A DNA stretch of 57,598 nucleotides from Bacteroidetes bacterium 4572_112 (GTDB lineage Bacteria > Bacteroidota > Bacteroidia > Bacteroidales > UBA1556), in NCBI GenBank assembly GCA_002254285.1, contig NIUZ01000002.1:1-57598 (forward strand), in the 5' to 3' direction. Numbering within the stretch: position 1 is the first letter of the stretch; the number at the start of each line of letters is the position of its first letter. This document shows, one piece after another, positions 28,511 to 38,734 of the stretch. Both the position numbers and the translations under genes were made by a program. The notes under the pieces are model-generated. The model was not told the origin of the DNA and ran no database searches. It saw only the letters and a program-made list of their open reading frames with translations.

Positions 28511-29113
28511 TTAGTATGTGTTTTTATCTTTTAAATCTTTTATCCATTTCGAGTCTACTTTCTGAGCTTCAAAATCGTTAATTGCCTTTAGTAAAGCCTC
28601 TGGTTCCGACTCAAAAATTACATTATTTCGGTGTTCAGCTTTCATGAATTTTTCAGCAAGGATATTATCAAAGAGCGTAATTACAGGATCATAAAACCCT
28701 TCTACATTAAGAAAAGCTACAGGTTTATTCGAAAATCCCAACTGAAAATATGTAAGAACTTCCATCACCTCGTCCAAGGTACCAAAACCGCCAGGCATTG
28801 CTATAAAAGCATCCGAAAGTTTATTGATGAGGTTTTTTCTATCGCTCATATTATCTGTAACATGCATTTTTGTAAGCGATGAATGACCAACTTCCTTATT
28901 CAATAGGTCGGTGGGAATTACCCCAATGGCATTACCACCTTTGGCAAGTACAGCATCCGCAATTACGCCCATTAGACCCACGTCGCCACCACCATAAATT
29001 AAATCCATTTTCTGTGCTACCATTAGTTCGCCAAGCTCCTTTGCCTTCTGCGAATATATCTCCTTAGCTCCTATACTTGAGCCACAAAAGACTCCAATAC
29101 TCTTTATTTGCAT
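28511..29113 (-). CDS. LOG family protein (TIGR00730, cytokinin riboside 5'-monophosphate phosphoribohydrolase-like)
   Basis: GGG.VGLMG and PGGFGTLDE motifs. 200 aa. Confidence 0.9.
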   Translation of the reverse strand: MQIKSIGVFCGSSIGAKEIYSQKAKELGELMVAQKMDLIYGGGDVGLMGVIADAVLAKGGNAIGVIPTDLLNKEVGHSSLTKMHVTDNMSDRKNLINKLSDAFIAMPGGFGTLDEVMEVLTYFQLGFSNKPVAFLNVEGFYDPVITLFDNILAEKFMKAEHRNNVIFESEPEALLKAINDFEAQKVDSKWIKDLKDKNTY

Positions 29114-29281
29114 ACTCTTTATTTATTGTAAAATTCGAAAAAGCTAAGATAGGGGAAATGTTAATTGGTAAAGTGATAAATTGTTAAATTGCTAAATTAT
29201 TAAAGGCTTGTAGTGAAATGTGTGTAATGGAGTTATCCTTGAACTTTGAATAACAAACAACAAGCCCCGAACAAAAAACAA

Positions 29282-29950
29282 CTAAAGCTCCGCAAGCCCT
29301 GCCATTGTCAGGGCATAAAGTATAAGTATGAATCCTTCTTGATGGGCAAATTCTAGTAACTGAGTTAGCAGTGCTTGGCTGTAATGTGGGTAGCTAGCAT
29401 CAATTCCCCAGGCATGTATAAAGTGATTTCCTGTAAAATAACAATCTTGAAAAATAGGGTTAATGGTTTTGTCGGTGGTGCCTCGCAATATCCTGAACCT
29501 TTGAAACATGGCCGTATTTAATTCCTCATTAGTACTACCATTTGGGAATGCAAAAGTTTTCACTCTTTTGAATTTTTGGTTCATTAAAAAAGTTAATGAG
29601 TCAACCTCATTTTTCAAATAGCTATCTAAGCCATGGGCATTTACATATTCTAATGCATTCTGATGATTCAACCCATGTCCAGCAATCTCATGCCCTTGCG
29701 ATTCCAGATATTGTAAGCCTTGTATTTCCTCTTCAGTACGTTTGTTGAATAGCGTTAGGTTAAATGTCGCTTTCCAATTATACTTATGAAGTACAGTATC
29801 AGCCATCAGCCATTTATCCACATAATGATCGTCGAAAGTTATAACCACAGCGCCATTTTTATAAACGAGATTATCCTCTCTCTTATCCTTTTTGCAAGAT
29901 AGGGAAGTGATGATTGAGATTATTAAAACTAAAAATAATAGCTTCTTCAT
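29282..29950 (-). CDS. Polysaccharide deacetylase family lipoprotein
   Basis: Lipobox ITSLSC. NodB-type motifs (TFDD, GHEIAGHGLNH). Confidence 0.8.
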   Translation of the reverse strand: MKKLLFLVLIISIITSLSCKKDKREDNLVYKNGAVVITFDDHYVDKWLMADTVLHKYNWKATFNLTLFNKRTEEEIQGLQYLESQGHEIAGHGLNHQNALEYVNAHGLDSYLKNEVDSLTFLMNQKFKRVKTFAFPNGSTNEELNTAMFQRFRILRGTTDKTINPIFQDCYFTGNHFIHAWGIDASYPHYSQALLTQLLEFAHQEGFILILYALTMAGLAEL

Positions 29951-30134
29951 GGTGATTACAAAATTAGATATAATAGTTTAAATATTTATATCAGAGTTTT
30001 ACTTTGCATAATTCACAATTTATACTTTATTATCTATTATCATTAATGTTTTTATTTACTTTTGCGAAAACAGTATAATATACTACTAAATCCAGACATG
30101 ACTCACCGAAAGGCTGTCAATAAAACATATAATT

Positions 30135-31193
30135 ATGAGCGATAAAATAATATACGGAATACAACAAATAGGAGTAGGAGTAGAGAATGTGCATCAAGCT
30201 TGGGCTTGGTATCGCAAGCATTTTGGTATGGATATAAAAGCTTTTGAAGAAGCAGCCGTTGCTGAATTAATGAAGCATTATACTGAAAATGAGCCTCGTC
30301 CACGTCATGCTGTATTGGCAATAAATCTACAATCGGGTGGAGGTTTTGAGATATGGCAACATACTGGCAAAACTCCTGCTAAGCCTCAATTTGAGATTCA
30401 GCTTGGTGACCTAGGAATATTTATTGGCAAGCAAAAAACTGCCGATGTAGAGGCTGCTTATAATACTATGAAAGCTCAAAATCTTGATTTATTGAGTGAG
30501 TTAGTGATTGACCCTGCGGGCAAAAAGCATTTCTTTTTAAAAGATCCTTTTGGCAACATCTTTCAAGTAGTGGAAAATGATTATGTTTTTGATAAAACAA
30601 ATTCGGCTACAGGTGGAGTATTGGGTGCTATTATTGGCGTAAGTGATATTGATAAAGCTTTAAAATTATACTCTGATGCTCTTGGCTATTCAGAGATTGT
30701 ATATGACAAAACTGATGTTTTCAAGGATTTTGCTAATCTACCTGGCGGAGCACAAAAGGCACGACGTATTTTATTACGCCCTGCAGTAAAAGCTACCGGT
30801 GGTTTTGCTCCACTGTTGGGTCCTTCGGAGTTGGAATTAATACAAGTAATTGACGCTCCAGTGCGCCATATTTACGAGAATAGAATTTGGGGCGATCCAG
30901 GATTTATCCACCTTTGCTTTGATGTGCATAATATGGCAAAAGTACAGAGCGATTGCTCCGAAAATGGCTTTGAGTTTACAGTAGATTCTAAAGATTCATT
31001 CGATATGGGAGCAGCAGCAGGTCATTTTGCTTATGTTTCTGATCCCGATGGAACGCCTATAGAATTTGTGGAAACGTTCAAACTACCTATTATTAAAGCT
31101 CTAGGAATTGGAGTAAATCTTGAAAAAAGAGATCCTAATAAGCCCCTTTCAAAGTGGTTGCTTAAGGCAATGCGAGTGAATAGGGTTAAGTAG
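30135..31193 (+). CDS. VOC (glyoxalase/bleomycin resistance/dioxygenase) family protein, two-module
   Basis: Two tandem VOC modules, each ending in DPDG.PIEF/DPFGN-type strands. A TActTTTG box lies at 30057..30064. Confidence 0.8.
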   Translation: MSDKIIYGIQQIGVGVENVHQAWAWYRKHFGMDIKAFEEAAVAELMKHYTENEPRPRHAVLAINLQSGGGFEIWQHTGKTPAKPQFEIQLGDLGIFIGKQKTADVEAAYNTMKAQNLDLLSELVIDPAGKKHFFLKDPFGNIFQVVENDYVFDKTNSATGGVLGAIIGVSDIDKALKLYSDALGYSEIVYDKTDVFKDFANLPGGAQKARRILLRPAVKATGGFAPLLGPSELELIQVIDAPVRHIYENRIWGDPGFIHLCFDVHNMAKVQSDCSENGFEFTVDSKDSFDMGAAAGHFAYVSDPDGTPIEFVETFKLPIIKALGIGVNLEKRDPNKPLSKWLLKAMRVNRVK

Positions 31194-31373
31194 GGGTTTA
31201 ATGTTCCAGGTTCCTTGTTTGTTGTTAACCTTCAAGCTTAATCTTTTAGTGGAAGAGGTTTATAGGGTTGAAAAAAATTATTTGATAGAAATATTCAAAG
31301 ATTAGTAAATATTGAATCAAAATATTAATTTAGTTTATTCTTATATTTTATACTTGAAATCTAAAATCGTTAA

Positions 31374-31442
31374 TCTTCACTCTTAAATCCTTTTTTCTTC
31401 CTCCCGTTTCCTATCGGGATACTCTTTCCTAGTCCTCTATCC
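31374..31442. repeat. REP-like mosaic element, family A (copy a2)
   Basis: cttcactcttaaatcc-tttttt-cttcctcccgtttcctatcgggat-actctttcctagtcctctatcc. It abuts the stop codon of the minus-strand TPR gene. Confidence 0.8.
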
Positions 31443-33263
31443 TTACTTCTCCATCTCCCTATATCGTTTTCGAGCTTCGACAGTAAAAAGACTTCCAGGG
31501 TAATCAAGAAGTATTTTTTGATATATTTCTTTGGCTTTAGCTTTATTATTTAGGCTAAAATCATTGAGGCGGGCTCGTTCTATCAATGAGTTGTCGGCTA
31601 GTGGTCCAAAGGGATTATAATCTGCAGTTAGTTCAAAAAGGGAGTCGGCAATTAAGAATTTCTTCTCGTCCATAGCAATCATTGCTTTCTTAAAATACAC
31701 ATCATCGGTAATTGGGTGATGAGGGAAAATATTAAGAATAGTATCGAGTTTCATATTTGCCAAATCGTATTTTTTCTGATACTGAAGTAGGTCTGCCTGG
31801 GCGTACATACTCAAAGCATCATAGCTGCTATCGGCGCTAATATTCTCTTGAATAAGGAGGTATAACTCCATGGAGTTATTAGCAATAAGCTTTGAAGTAG
31901 CGCCGCGCAGAACATCTAACTGCGATTTTGCCCATTCCATTTCGCCAACATAATAATAAAATTGTGCTGCCTTAAATTTTGCAAGATAGCCTGTTGGCTC
32001 GTTCTTATTCTCCTTTTCCACTTGCTTATATAATAGGCTTGCCGACCATTTTTCGCCAGAGAAAAGTTTAATATCTCCGAGTTGTAATTTAGCTTCTGCC
32101 TTATGTTTTTTCGATATATTGGGGATATTCTGTAGCTCAGAAAGTAATTCCTTTGCCGATTCCAAATCGCTGAGATAAAAGGCTTGCAGTTTTGCCAAGT
32201 TCATTATCATTTGGCTGGTACCAGCATTTTTACCAAATACTCGCAACTGCATTTTGTAATCACCCTCTAAGCTCAATATTTCCTCTTGAGTATAGTTTTC
32301 GTCTTCAATTATTTTATTGAATTTGGCATCGAGAATTCGCATTTCGGCATTCATATAAAAAATGGATTCGGGGCCAATATCAATAATGAAATTATAGGCA
32401 TCCACAGCCAATGCCCACTCCTTATTTGACATAAGAATATTAGCTAAATTAAATACTCGTTCACCATTCTCACGAAACTGCACATCAAGGGCTTTGGCCT
32501 GAATAAGTGCAAGCTCAAAGTCTTTTTTCTGAACCGAATACCAATATAAAAGCTCGGAATAAATGGTTTCGTTTTTATATTTTTGAGTACGGCGCAAAAG
32601 CTCTGTTCTTAATGCTTCTGAAGATTTATCCTTAGCTGGATCGGTAATAATAAGTTGCAACCGACTTTTTACCACGTCAATATACTTATCATAAGAAACT
32701 GCTAGATCAAGGTATTCTTTAACCATATTCTCATCGTTACCAATTTTATAATATAGCAAAGCAAGTTCCATATTAAGGGGTGGTTCAATTCTCTTTTTCT
32801 TCCCTTTAATAAGAGTTTTTACGGCAAAAGCATTGAGGTTTCTAGCAGCAAAAGCTTCCGAAAGTTCAACATACTGCCGGCGATTATCATCAGCACTTTT
32901 TATTATTTTATTGTAATTTTTTTCTGCTTTTGAAGTATTCCCACTGCGCTGCAGTATGTATGCCTCTTCAACTTTATACTTTATATTCTTAGGGTTTTGC
33001 CGGGCTACTTTAGCAACGAATTTTTTGGCTCTTTTATAATCTTGGAGCTCAAAAAGGCAGTTTAAATAATAGTCGTAATAAAAAGGTGTTGGCTTGGCAT
33101 CATAAATATTTTGATATAAATCCGCAGCCTTATCATATTCTTTATTCTGATAAAATTGAAGCGCCAATTGCTCATCAACCTCTGTTTGAGCAAAAGCTGA
33201 GCCTGCGAACAATATAAATATTGACGCAAATAATAAACTAATATGTGATTTATAAAAGCTCAT
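31443..33263 (-). CDS. Tetratricopeptide-repeat protein, secreted
   Basis: Signal peptide ...FAGSAFAQ, with TPR units throughout. Confidence 0.8.
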   Translation of the reverse strand: MSFYKSHISLLFASIFILFAGSAFAQTEVDEQLALQFYQNKEYDKAADLYQNIYDAKPTPFYYDYYLNCLFELQDYKRAKKFVAKVARQNPKNIKYKVEEAYILQRSGNTSKAEKNYNKIIKSADDNRRQYVELSEAFAARNLNAFAVKTLIKGKKKRIEPPLNMELALLYYKIGNDENMVKEYLDLAVSYDKYIDVVKSRLQLIITDPAKDKSSEALRTELLRRTQKYKNETIYSELLYWYSVQKKDFELALIQAKALDVQFRENGERVFNLANILMSNKEWALAVDAYNFIIDIGPESIFYMNAEMRILDAKFNKIIEDENYTQEEILSLEGDYKMQLRVFGKNAGTSQMIMNLAKLQAFYLSDLESAKELLSELQNIPNISKKHKAEAKLQLGDIKLFSGEKWSASLLYKQVEKENKNEPTGYLAKFKAAQFYYYVGEMEWAKSQLDVLRGATSKLIANNSMELYLLIQENISADSSYDALSMYAQADLLQYQKKYDLANMKLDTILNIFPHHPITDDVYFKKAMIAMDEKKFLIADSLFELTADYNPFGPLADNSLIERARLNDFSLNNKAKAKEIYQKILLDYPGSLFTVEARKRYREMEK

Positions 33264-33265
33264 TA

Positions 33266-34711
33266 CTATTTCTGTAATGATTTTTGAAGATGCCTATCGT
33301 AAAAGAAAAGGCTAATAATTGCCAGGCCACCAATTGCAGCAATTACCATCCAAAAGTTAGAAGGGTGATATTGTTGCCATAGCAGATTTGTAAATTCCAA
33401 AGGGGTAATATTTTGCTGTTCTGCCAATGACAAAAACATTTGATTATTGGTAAGTTTATCGTCTACAATAAGGTTATTTGCGGCGGCAAAATCTTCGGCA
33501 AATTTATATTTATCAGAATATTTTTCGTAAACCACTCCCGAAACTATTCCTGCAAGAATATTTCCGAGGAACATTGGCACATAGGCAAAACCCATATAAA
33601 GAGCTTTTTTGTCTTTGGGTGCAATACGACCAATATACTCAGTAATTTTAGGACTTGCGGACATTTCGCCAATGGCGAAAATAAATATTGCCACTATAAC
33701 AAACACCGCAGATTGCGAAATTAGCGTAAGACTCATTCCTATGGTAGCGATAATAATTCCTGTAATCATGGCATTTAGTGGGCGCAATTTCATCACCAAA
33801 TAAGATATTATCAGCTGAAATGCTATGATAAAGAAAGCTCCAGAGTTTGTTATAAACTCGGGCTGAATTTGTCCATTATGCCCATAATTTTCTGCAATAA
33901 TAGGAAAATGCTCAGCATAAAAAGCGTATAAATGCGAGCTATCGACCCACATTTCCACAAAAACAGGAAGAGTGAAAAATAGTTGATTATACATAGTCCA
34001 AAAGCCTGCAATTATAAGCAAAAACACCATAAATTGCAGATTAGAGCCTACGGTAATAATGTTTTGATAAATGGTTTTAAGACTTTCGCCAAGGGGTTTT
34101 GAATCGTGCTTTCTATCGGGTTCGATATAAAATAACAAAAGAATAAAATTCACTGATATCATTGCTGCCACAATATAGAAAAGGTTGTCTTGAAAAGGCA
34201 TGGTGATAAGTGGGCCAATAAAAGCACCCATATTTACCATCATATAAAAAATTCCAAAACCCATGGAAGAGTTTTCATCGTTGGTGGTTTTGGCGATGGT
34301 GGCAGAAATTACTGGCTTAAACAAAGCCGCACCAATAGCGAGGTAGATATAGACCATAAAAACTCCCGTAAACGTATCGAAAAGCGGAAAGGCCAAAAAG
34401 GCTGATATATATACTACAAAAGCTAATGTAAGAATTTTTTTATAGCCATATCTATCGGCAATAGCACCAGTAATAATTGGTAGGAAGTATAGAATTCCTG
34501 TACCAATTCCCATTATCATACCTTTCTGCGACTGAGTAAATTCCAGTCCTCCAAGGTCGGTAGATTTGGTAAGATAATTTGCAAAAAGAAAAAAGAAACC
34601 ATACCAAGCCATTCTCTCAAAAAGCTCAATGGTGTTTGCTATCCAAAAAGTGGATTTATATTGCTTAAGTATTCCTACAAAACTAGCCATAGTTATATTT
34701 TCAATAATCAA
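33266..34711 (-). CDS. POT/PTR2-family peptide:H+ symporter (MFS)
   Basis: ExxERFxYY-like motif ELFERMAWYGFF. GAIADRYGYKK. About 12-14 TM segments. Confidence 0.85.
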   Translation of the reverse strand: MIIENITMASFVGILKQYKSTFWIANTIELFERMAWYGFFFLFANYLTKSTDLGGLEFTQSQKGMIMGIGTGILYFLPIITGAIADRYGYKKILTLAFVVYISAFLAFPLFDTFTGVFMVYIYLAIGAALFKPVISATIAKTTNDENSSMGFGIFYMMVNMGAFIGPLITMPFQDNLFYIVAAMISVNFILLLFYIEPDRKHDSKPLGESLKTIYQNIITVGSNLQFMVFLLIIAGFWTMYNQLFFTLPVFVEMWVDSSHLYAFYAEHFPIIAENYGHNGQIQPEFITNSGAFFIIAFQLIISYLVMKLRPLNAMITGIIIATIGMSLTLISQSAVFVIVAIFIFAIGEMSASPKITEYIGRIAPKDKKALYMGFAYVPMFLGNILAGIVSGVVYEKYSDKYKFAEDFAAANNLIVDDKLTNNQMFLSLAEQQNITPLEFTNLLWQQYHPSNFWMVIAAIGGLAIISLFFYDRHLQKSLQK

Positions 34712-34795
34712 AATTAAAGCTGCAAAATAAGGAAATATTTGATTGTAAAAACGAAGATTAATGGTTCAATGATGTAATTATACAATGGTGTAATC

Positions 34796-34923
34796 ATTTA
34801 ATGGTGCAATGATATAATTGTTTAGGGTTTGAATATTCAAAGTTCAGAAAAACTTAATGCTCCTTAATTCCTTAATGTTTCAATTATGTAATGATTTAAT
34901 GGTACAATGATATAATGATTGTT
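34796..34923. repeat. Dispersed 'aatggtNcaatgat' word repeats (two ~27-bp copies about 98 bp apart)
   Basis: atttaatggtgcaatgatataattgtt (34796..) and atttaatggtacaatgatataatgattgtt (34894..). Related words occur at 34760..34795 and 29161..29215. Confidence 0.75.
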
Positions 34924-34979
34924 CAAAGTTGTCTTTTCCTTTTTACTTTAGCCTTTACATTTTAGCCATTAGCCTTTTT

Positions 34980-35885
34980 CTATAGCTCAAAATACCAATA
35001 AAGCTTCAAATATACACTATCATTAATTCCTTCAACATTTTTTAGCTGTTCTATATTTGAGAACTCACCATTATTATCGCGGTATTGCTGAATATTGTAA
35101 GCTATTTTCTTACTTATATAAGGGTGTTTTTTCAATAAATAATAATCATCCTTATTAAGATTTAGATATGGATGAATGGAATCGGTATTTATATAAAAAT
35201 TCGGTGACAATTTTATATGTTTTGCGGAATCTATTAGGTATACCTCCTGCAATTGCTTGATATTATAATAGCCGCCAAGTTTTTTCCGATAGGCAAGTAT
35301 TGCTTTGGCAGTGGAAGGTCCAACACCATTTATTTCCAAAAGGCTATCAAATTGTACAGTGTTTAATTCTAAGTGAAAAACCTTAGGAATATATGTCTTT
35401 GTCCAAACTTTATCTTCCAATTCCACTACCTCTAGCTGTTCAATTTTTACATATGGTATTAGCAAATCGCATTCGCCCTGCGATAAGCAATACATTTTGC
35501 GCAGGTCGTTTGGGCTACTAATAGTACCGCCTTTTCGGATATACTTTCTTATGCTTTTTGCCTGATATTCTTTTAAACCGAGCTTTTGCCATCCTTTTTT
35601 ACTAATGGTATTGGGATTAAAATAGAACAAATTGAAATTGAACTCTTCTTTAGCAGTAATATTCTTTTTTATATTACTATTTGCCAGACTACTACTATCT
35701 GCTAAATATCTGCTATAGGCAATATAATTCTTAAATTCGGTGAAATCAGTATCGCTGCTTATGGCAAATGGCGAATATATATGGTATAATATTAAAGCAA
35801 GAATTATAATAATAAGAACAGAAACCCCTCTACGCTCTTCTTTATCGTAGACGAATAGTTCCTTCCAATTACTATTGCGTTTCAT
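34980..35885 (-). CDS. Helix-hairpin-helix (ComEA-like) domain protein, membrane anchored
   Basis: N-terminal TM segment. HhH motifs (LLEINGVGPSTAKAILAYR, and a second C-terminal HhH region). Confidence 0.75.
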   Translation of the reverse strand: MKRNSNWKELFVYDKEERRGVSVLIIIILALILYHIYSPFAISSDTDFTEFKNYIAYSRYLADSSSLANSNIKKNITAKEEFNFNLFYFNPNTISKKGWQKLGLKEYQAKSIRKYIRKGGTISSPNDLRKMYCLSQGECDLLIPYVKIEQLEVVELEDKVWTKTYIPKVFHLELNTVQFDSLLEINGVGPSTAKAILAYRKKLGGYYNIKQLQEVYLIDSAKHIKLSPNFYINTDSIHPYLNLNKDDYYLLKKHPYISKKIAYNIQQYRDNNGEFSNIEQLKNVEGINDSVYLKLYWYFEL

Positions 35886-35917
35886 TTTTTTTTAATTATT
35901 ATAATAGAAATAGTTAG

Positions 35918-35946
35918 TTAATTAACTGAACCCAAAGTTAATAATA
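35918..35946. repeat. 29-bp element, copy B (exact reverse complement of 6337..6365)
   Basis: ttaattaactgaacccaaagttaataata, 33 bp upstream of the minus-strand start at 35885. Confidence 0.9.
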
Positions 35947-36198
35947 ATTTTTAAACGGCGGTGTGTTTTCTATCTTTCATAAAAACAAATACTATATACA
36001 TATTTCAGGAAACTCTCGAGGTGCATGACAAAAAATCAACTTATGTACAATTTTCTGAAAAATAATTTTCTATTTCTAGAATTTTAATAATCTCGTTGTA
36101 TTATTGATTATCAGTATAATAACCAATTTTATTAAGCTTATTTTTAGTAAATTATGAGCTTTTTTCAATGATTTATTAATCCTTTACTTGTATTAACA

Positions 36199-37083
36199 TT
36201 AAGACCTGTTTTTTCTAAATTCCGAAATAAACAATCCCCCAACAACCAATGCTATTCCAAAATATTTGATAGTTTCAAGTTTTTCACTGAAAACGAAGAA
36301 TGATATTACGATAGTAAAGATTGGTATAAGATTGCTAAAAAGCCCGATTTGTGATACTCGGAAATGCTTAAAAGCATATGTATAAAGTAAGAAAGCTCCA
36401 TTGGAAGCCATTATTCCCAGTAGAACGATATACTGAAAATCAGAGTTGAAGCCAATTTCTTTAAATGCTTGAAAATCGAAAAACAAAAACAGTGGAAAGA
36501 AAACTATACTAGCAATAATATTCTGCCATATTACAATAGTAAATGCATTATACTTATAGGTAATTCGCTTTACCACAACAGTATAACCCAGTGCGGCAAA
36601 TACTGCTACAAAAAGGAAAACAAAACCCTTAATATCTCCTGCAATGCTTAAATCCTTATTTAGCATTACAAATAGTACTCCCAAAAAACTTATAAAAACT
36701 CCGATAAGATTATTACGTCTAATCCTTTCTTTGAAGAAAATAAATCCTAGAAAAGGCATAAAAAGTGGAATTGTGGAAATTATTATTGCTGCCGTACTTG
36801 CCGTAACATATTGTAGCCCAAAATTCTCGCCAATGAAATACAGAAAGGGCTCAAAGAAAGAAAGTAAAAGCAAGATTTTATAGTCACTTTTATCTATTTT
36901 TTGAAGTAGACCAAATGCTTTGGAAACTATAAAAAGAGAAATTGCAGCAATAAATAGTCTGAAAAATAAAACCGTAAAAGGATTATATGACTCAAAGGCT
37001 AGCTTGCTCCAAACAAAGGAAACCGACCAAAGCATCATTGCTCCAACAATAGCGATATAACTATATTTTTTTTCTGAGGCCAT
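36199..37083 (-). CDS. DMT superfamily (EamA-like) transporter
   Basis: Ten predicted TM segments in two EamA repeats. ATG at 37083 (MASEKKY). The ORF-track TTG start is at 37113. Confidence 0.85.
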   Translation of the reverse strand: MASEKKYSYIAIVGAMMLWSVSFVWSKLAFESYNPFTVLFFRLFIAAISLFIVSKAFGLLQKIDKSDYKILLLLSFFEPFLYFIGENFGLQYVTASTAAIIISTIPLFMPFLGFIFFKERIRRNNLIGVFISFLGVLFVMLNKDLSIAGDIKGFVFLFVAVFAALGYTVVVKRITYKYNAFTIVIWQNIIASIVFFPLFLFFDFQAFKEIGFNSDFQYIVLLGIMASNGAFLLYTYAFKHFRVSQIGLFSNLIPIFTIVISFFVFSEKLETIKYFGIALVVGGLFISEFRKNRS

Positions 37084-37324
37084 TTCTATGCTCTTTGCCA
37101 AATTAATATTCAATAGTACGCAAAAGTAAATTAAAATCAGTATTCCTAAGAACTAAATAATCAAACAATCTGTTATATAATAATTCAATTATTAAGGATT
37201 TAACAATTTTATGGGGTCGTAATTATTATAAGTGTTGATAATGAGAATATTGCAATAATTAACAAATATATACTAACGTGTTTTTTTACTCTTAAAAGTA
37301 TTGTAAAAATCATGATAACAAACA

Positions 37325-37355
37325 TTTGAACAAATGAATTAGATTACTATATTTG
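37325..37355 (+). promoter_or_regulatory. Bacteroidota sigma-A type promoter (-33 TTTG / -7 TAnnTTTG)
   Basis: TTTG at 37325..37328, a 19-nt spacer, then TAtaTTTG at 37348..37355. This is 47 nt upstream of the ATG at 37403. Confidence 0.5.
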
Positions 37356-37402
37356 AAAGCTAAAATTAATAGTATTGAAAATAGTAATAAATATATAACA
37401 TT

Positions 37403-38596
37403 ATGAGTAAAAGAACAATTGTAGCAATGCCTGGAGACGGTATTGGAAAAGTAGTATTAGACGAAACCATAAAGGTATTAAACGCTGCTGGTTTTGAAGC
37501 TGACTATGTTGAAGGCGATATAGGTTGGGAATTTTGGAGATCAGAAGGAAATCCATTACCACAGCGCACAATAGATTTGTTAGCAAAGCATAAAATTGCT
37601 CTTTTTGGCGCAATTACATCAAAGCCAAAGGATGAGGCTTTTGAAGAATTAGCTCCTGAGTTGAAAGAAAAAGGCTTGGTATATTCTAGCCCAATCGTAG
37701 GTTTACGTCAGCATTTTGGATTAGATATCTGTGCTCGTCCAACCAAGAGTTATAATGGTAACCCACTAAACTTTATCCGCCGTGGTGCTGATGGAGGTAT
37801 TGAAGAGCCTAATGTTGATGCGGTAATTTTCCGTCAAAATACCGAAGGTTTATACGGTGGCGTAGAGTGGACTGATCCAGAGAAGCAGGTTTATGATGCA
37901 TTTATGACTCACCCAAAGTTCAAGCAAAATTTCGGTAATGTGCCTAAAGATGAGGTAAGTATCTCTACTCGTATTTTCTCAAAAAATGCTACAGAAAGAA
38001 TTCTTCGTGCAGCTTTTGAGCATGCTAAAGAGTATAATTATCCATCGGTAACACTTTGTGAGAAGCCAAACGTAATTCGCGAAACTTCGGGAATGATGTA
38101 TAAGATGGCTCTTAAAATGCAGGCTGCTGATTATCCAAATATTGACCTTTGGAATACAAATATCGATGCACAAATGATGTGGTTGACAAAGAATCCTGAA
38201 AACTATGGAGTGATTGTAGCAGGAAATATGTTTGGCGATATTATTAGTGATGGTTTTGCTGGTCTTATTGGTGGACTTGGTTTTGCTTGCTCTGCTCAAA
38301 TGAGCTCTGAAGGTATAGCCGTATTTGAGCCTACACATGGTTCAGCACCTAAGTATGCTGATTTTGAAACAAGTATTGTTAATCCTATTGCTATGGTAGA
38401 ATCAGCATGTATGATGCTTGATTATATTGATGAGAAAGAAATTTCTGCAAAAATTCGTAAAGCAGTAGCTGACGTTATTAGTGAGGGCAAAGTTCGCACC
38501 TACGATATGATGAAAATGACTGGCCGTCCTGATGTAATCGAGAAAGGCGCCGCTAGTACTGTGGAAATGGCTGATGCTATTATTGCGAAACTGTAA
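37403..38596 (+). CDS. Isocitrate/isopropylmalate dehydrogenase family protein (substrate unassigned)
   Basis: MPGDGIGKVV N-terminus, R..NTEGLY, and the NMFGDIISD metal/substrate motif. At 397 aa it is longer than a typical LeuB. Confidence 0.85.
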   Translation: MSKRTIVAMPGDGIGKVVLDETIKVLNAAGFEADYVEGDIGWEFWRSEGNPLPQRTIDLLAKHKIALFGAITSKPKDEAFEELAPELKEKGLVYSSPIVGLRQHFGLDICARPTKSYNGNPLNFIRRGADGGIEEPNVDAVIFRQNTEGLYGGVEWTDPEKQVYDAFMTHPKFKQNFGNVPKDEVSISTRIFSKNATERILRAAFEHAKEYNYPSVTLCEKPNVIRETSGMMYKMALKMQAADYPNIDLWNTNIDAQMMWLTKNPENYGVIVAGNMFGDIISDGFAGLIGGLGFACSAQMSSEGIAVFEPTHGSAPKYADFETSIVNPIAMVESACMMLDYIDEKEISAKIRKAVADVISEGKVRTYDMMKMTGRPDVIEKGAASTVEMADAIIAKL

Positions 38597-38602
38597 ACTG
38601 AA

Positions 38603-38717
38603 TTAAGAGTTTTTTAGTAGGCAGTACTCAGTCTTCAGTCTATAGTGATTGAGTACTGTAGACTGCCAACTGAAGACTGAAGACTGAAAACTGCCAACTG
38701 AAGAATAACACTCTTAA
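38603..38717. repeat. REP-like palindromic element, family B (copy b1)
   Basis: Outer arms ttaagagt/actcttaa. Inner arms ggcagtactcagtcttcagtc / gactgaagactgaaaactgcc. Shares the words agtaggcagta, gactgaagactg and ctgcNaactgaaga with 49197..49299. Confidence 0.85.
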
Positions 38718-38734
38718 CTCATAAATCTTTTCTG

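Noticed and set aside
6337-35946. The 29-bp inverted copies as terminal inverted repeats of a 29.6-kb mobile element or genomic island
   Set aside because: The interior is core housekeeping (ssb, mfd, rsgA, recJ, rlmH, EnvC-like, dCMP deaminase). There is no transposase, integrase or conjugation gene and no visible target-site duplication.
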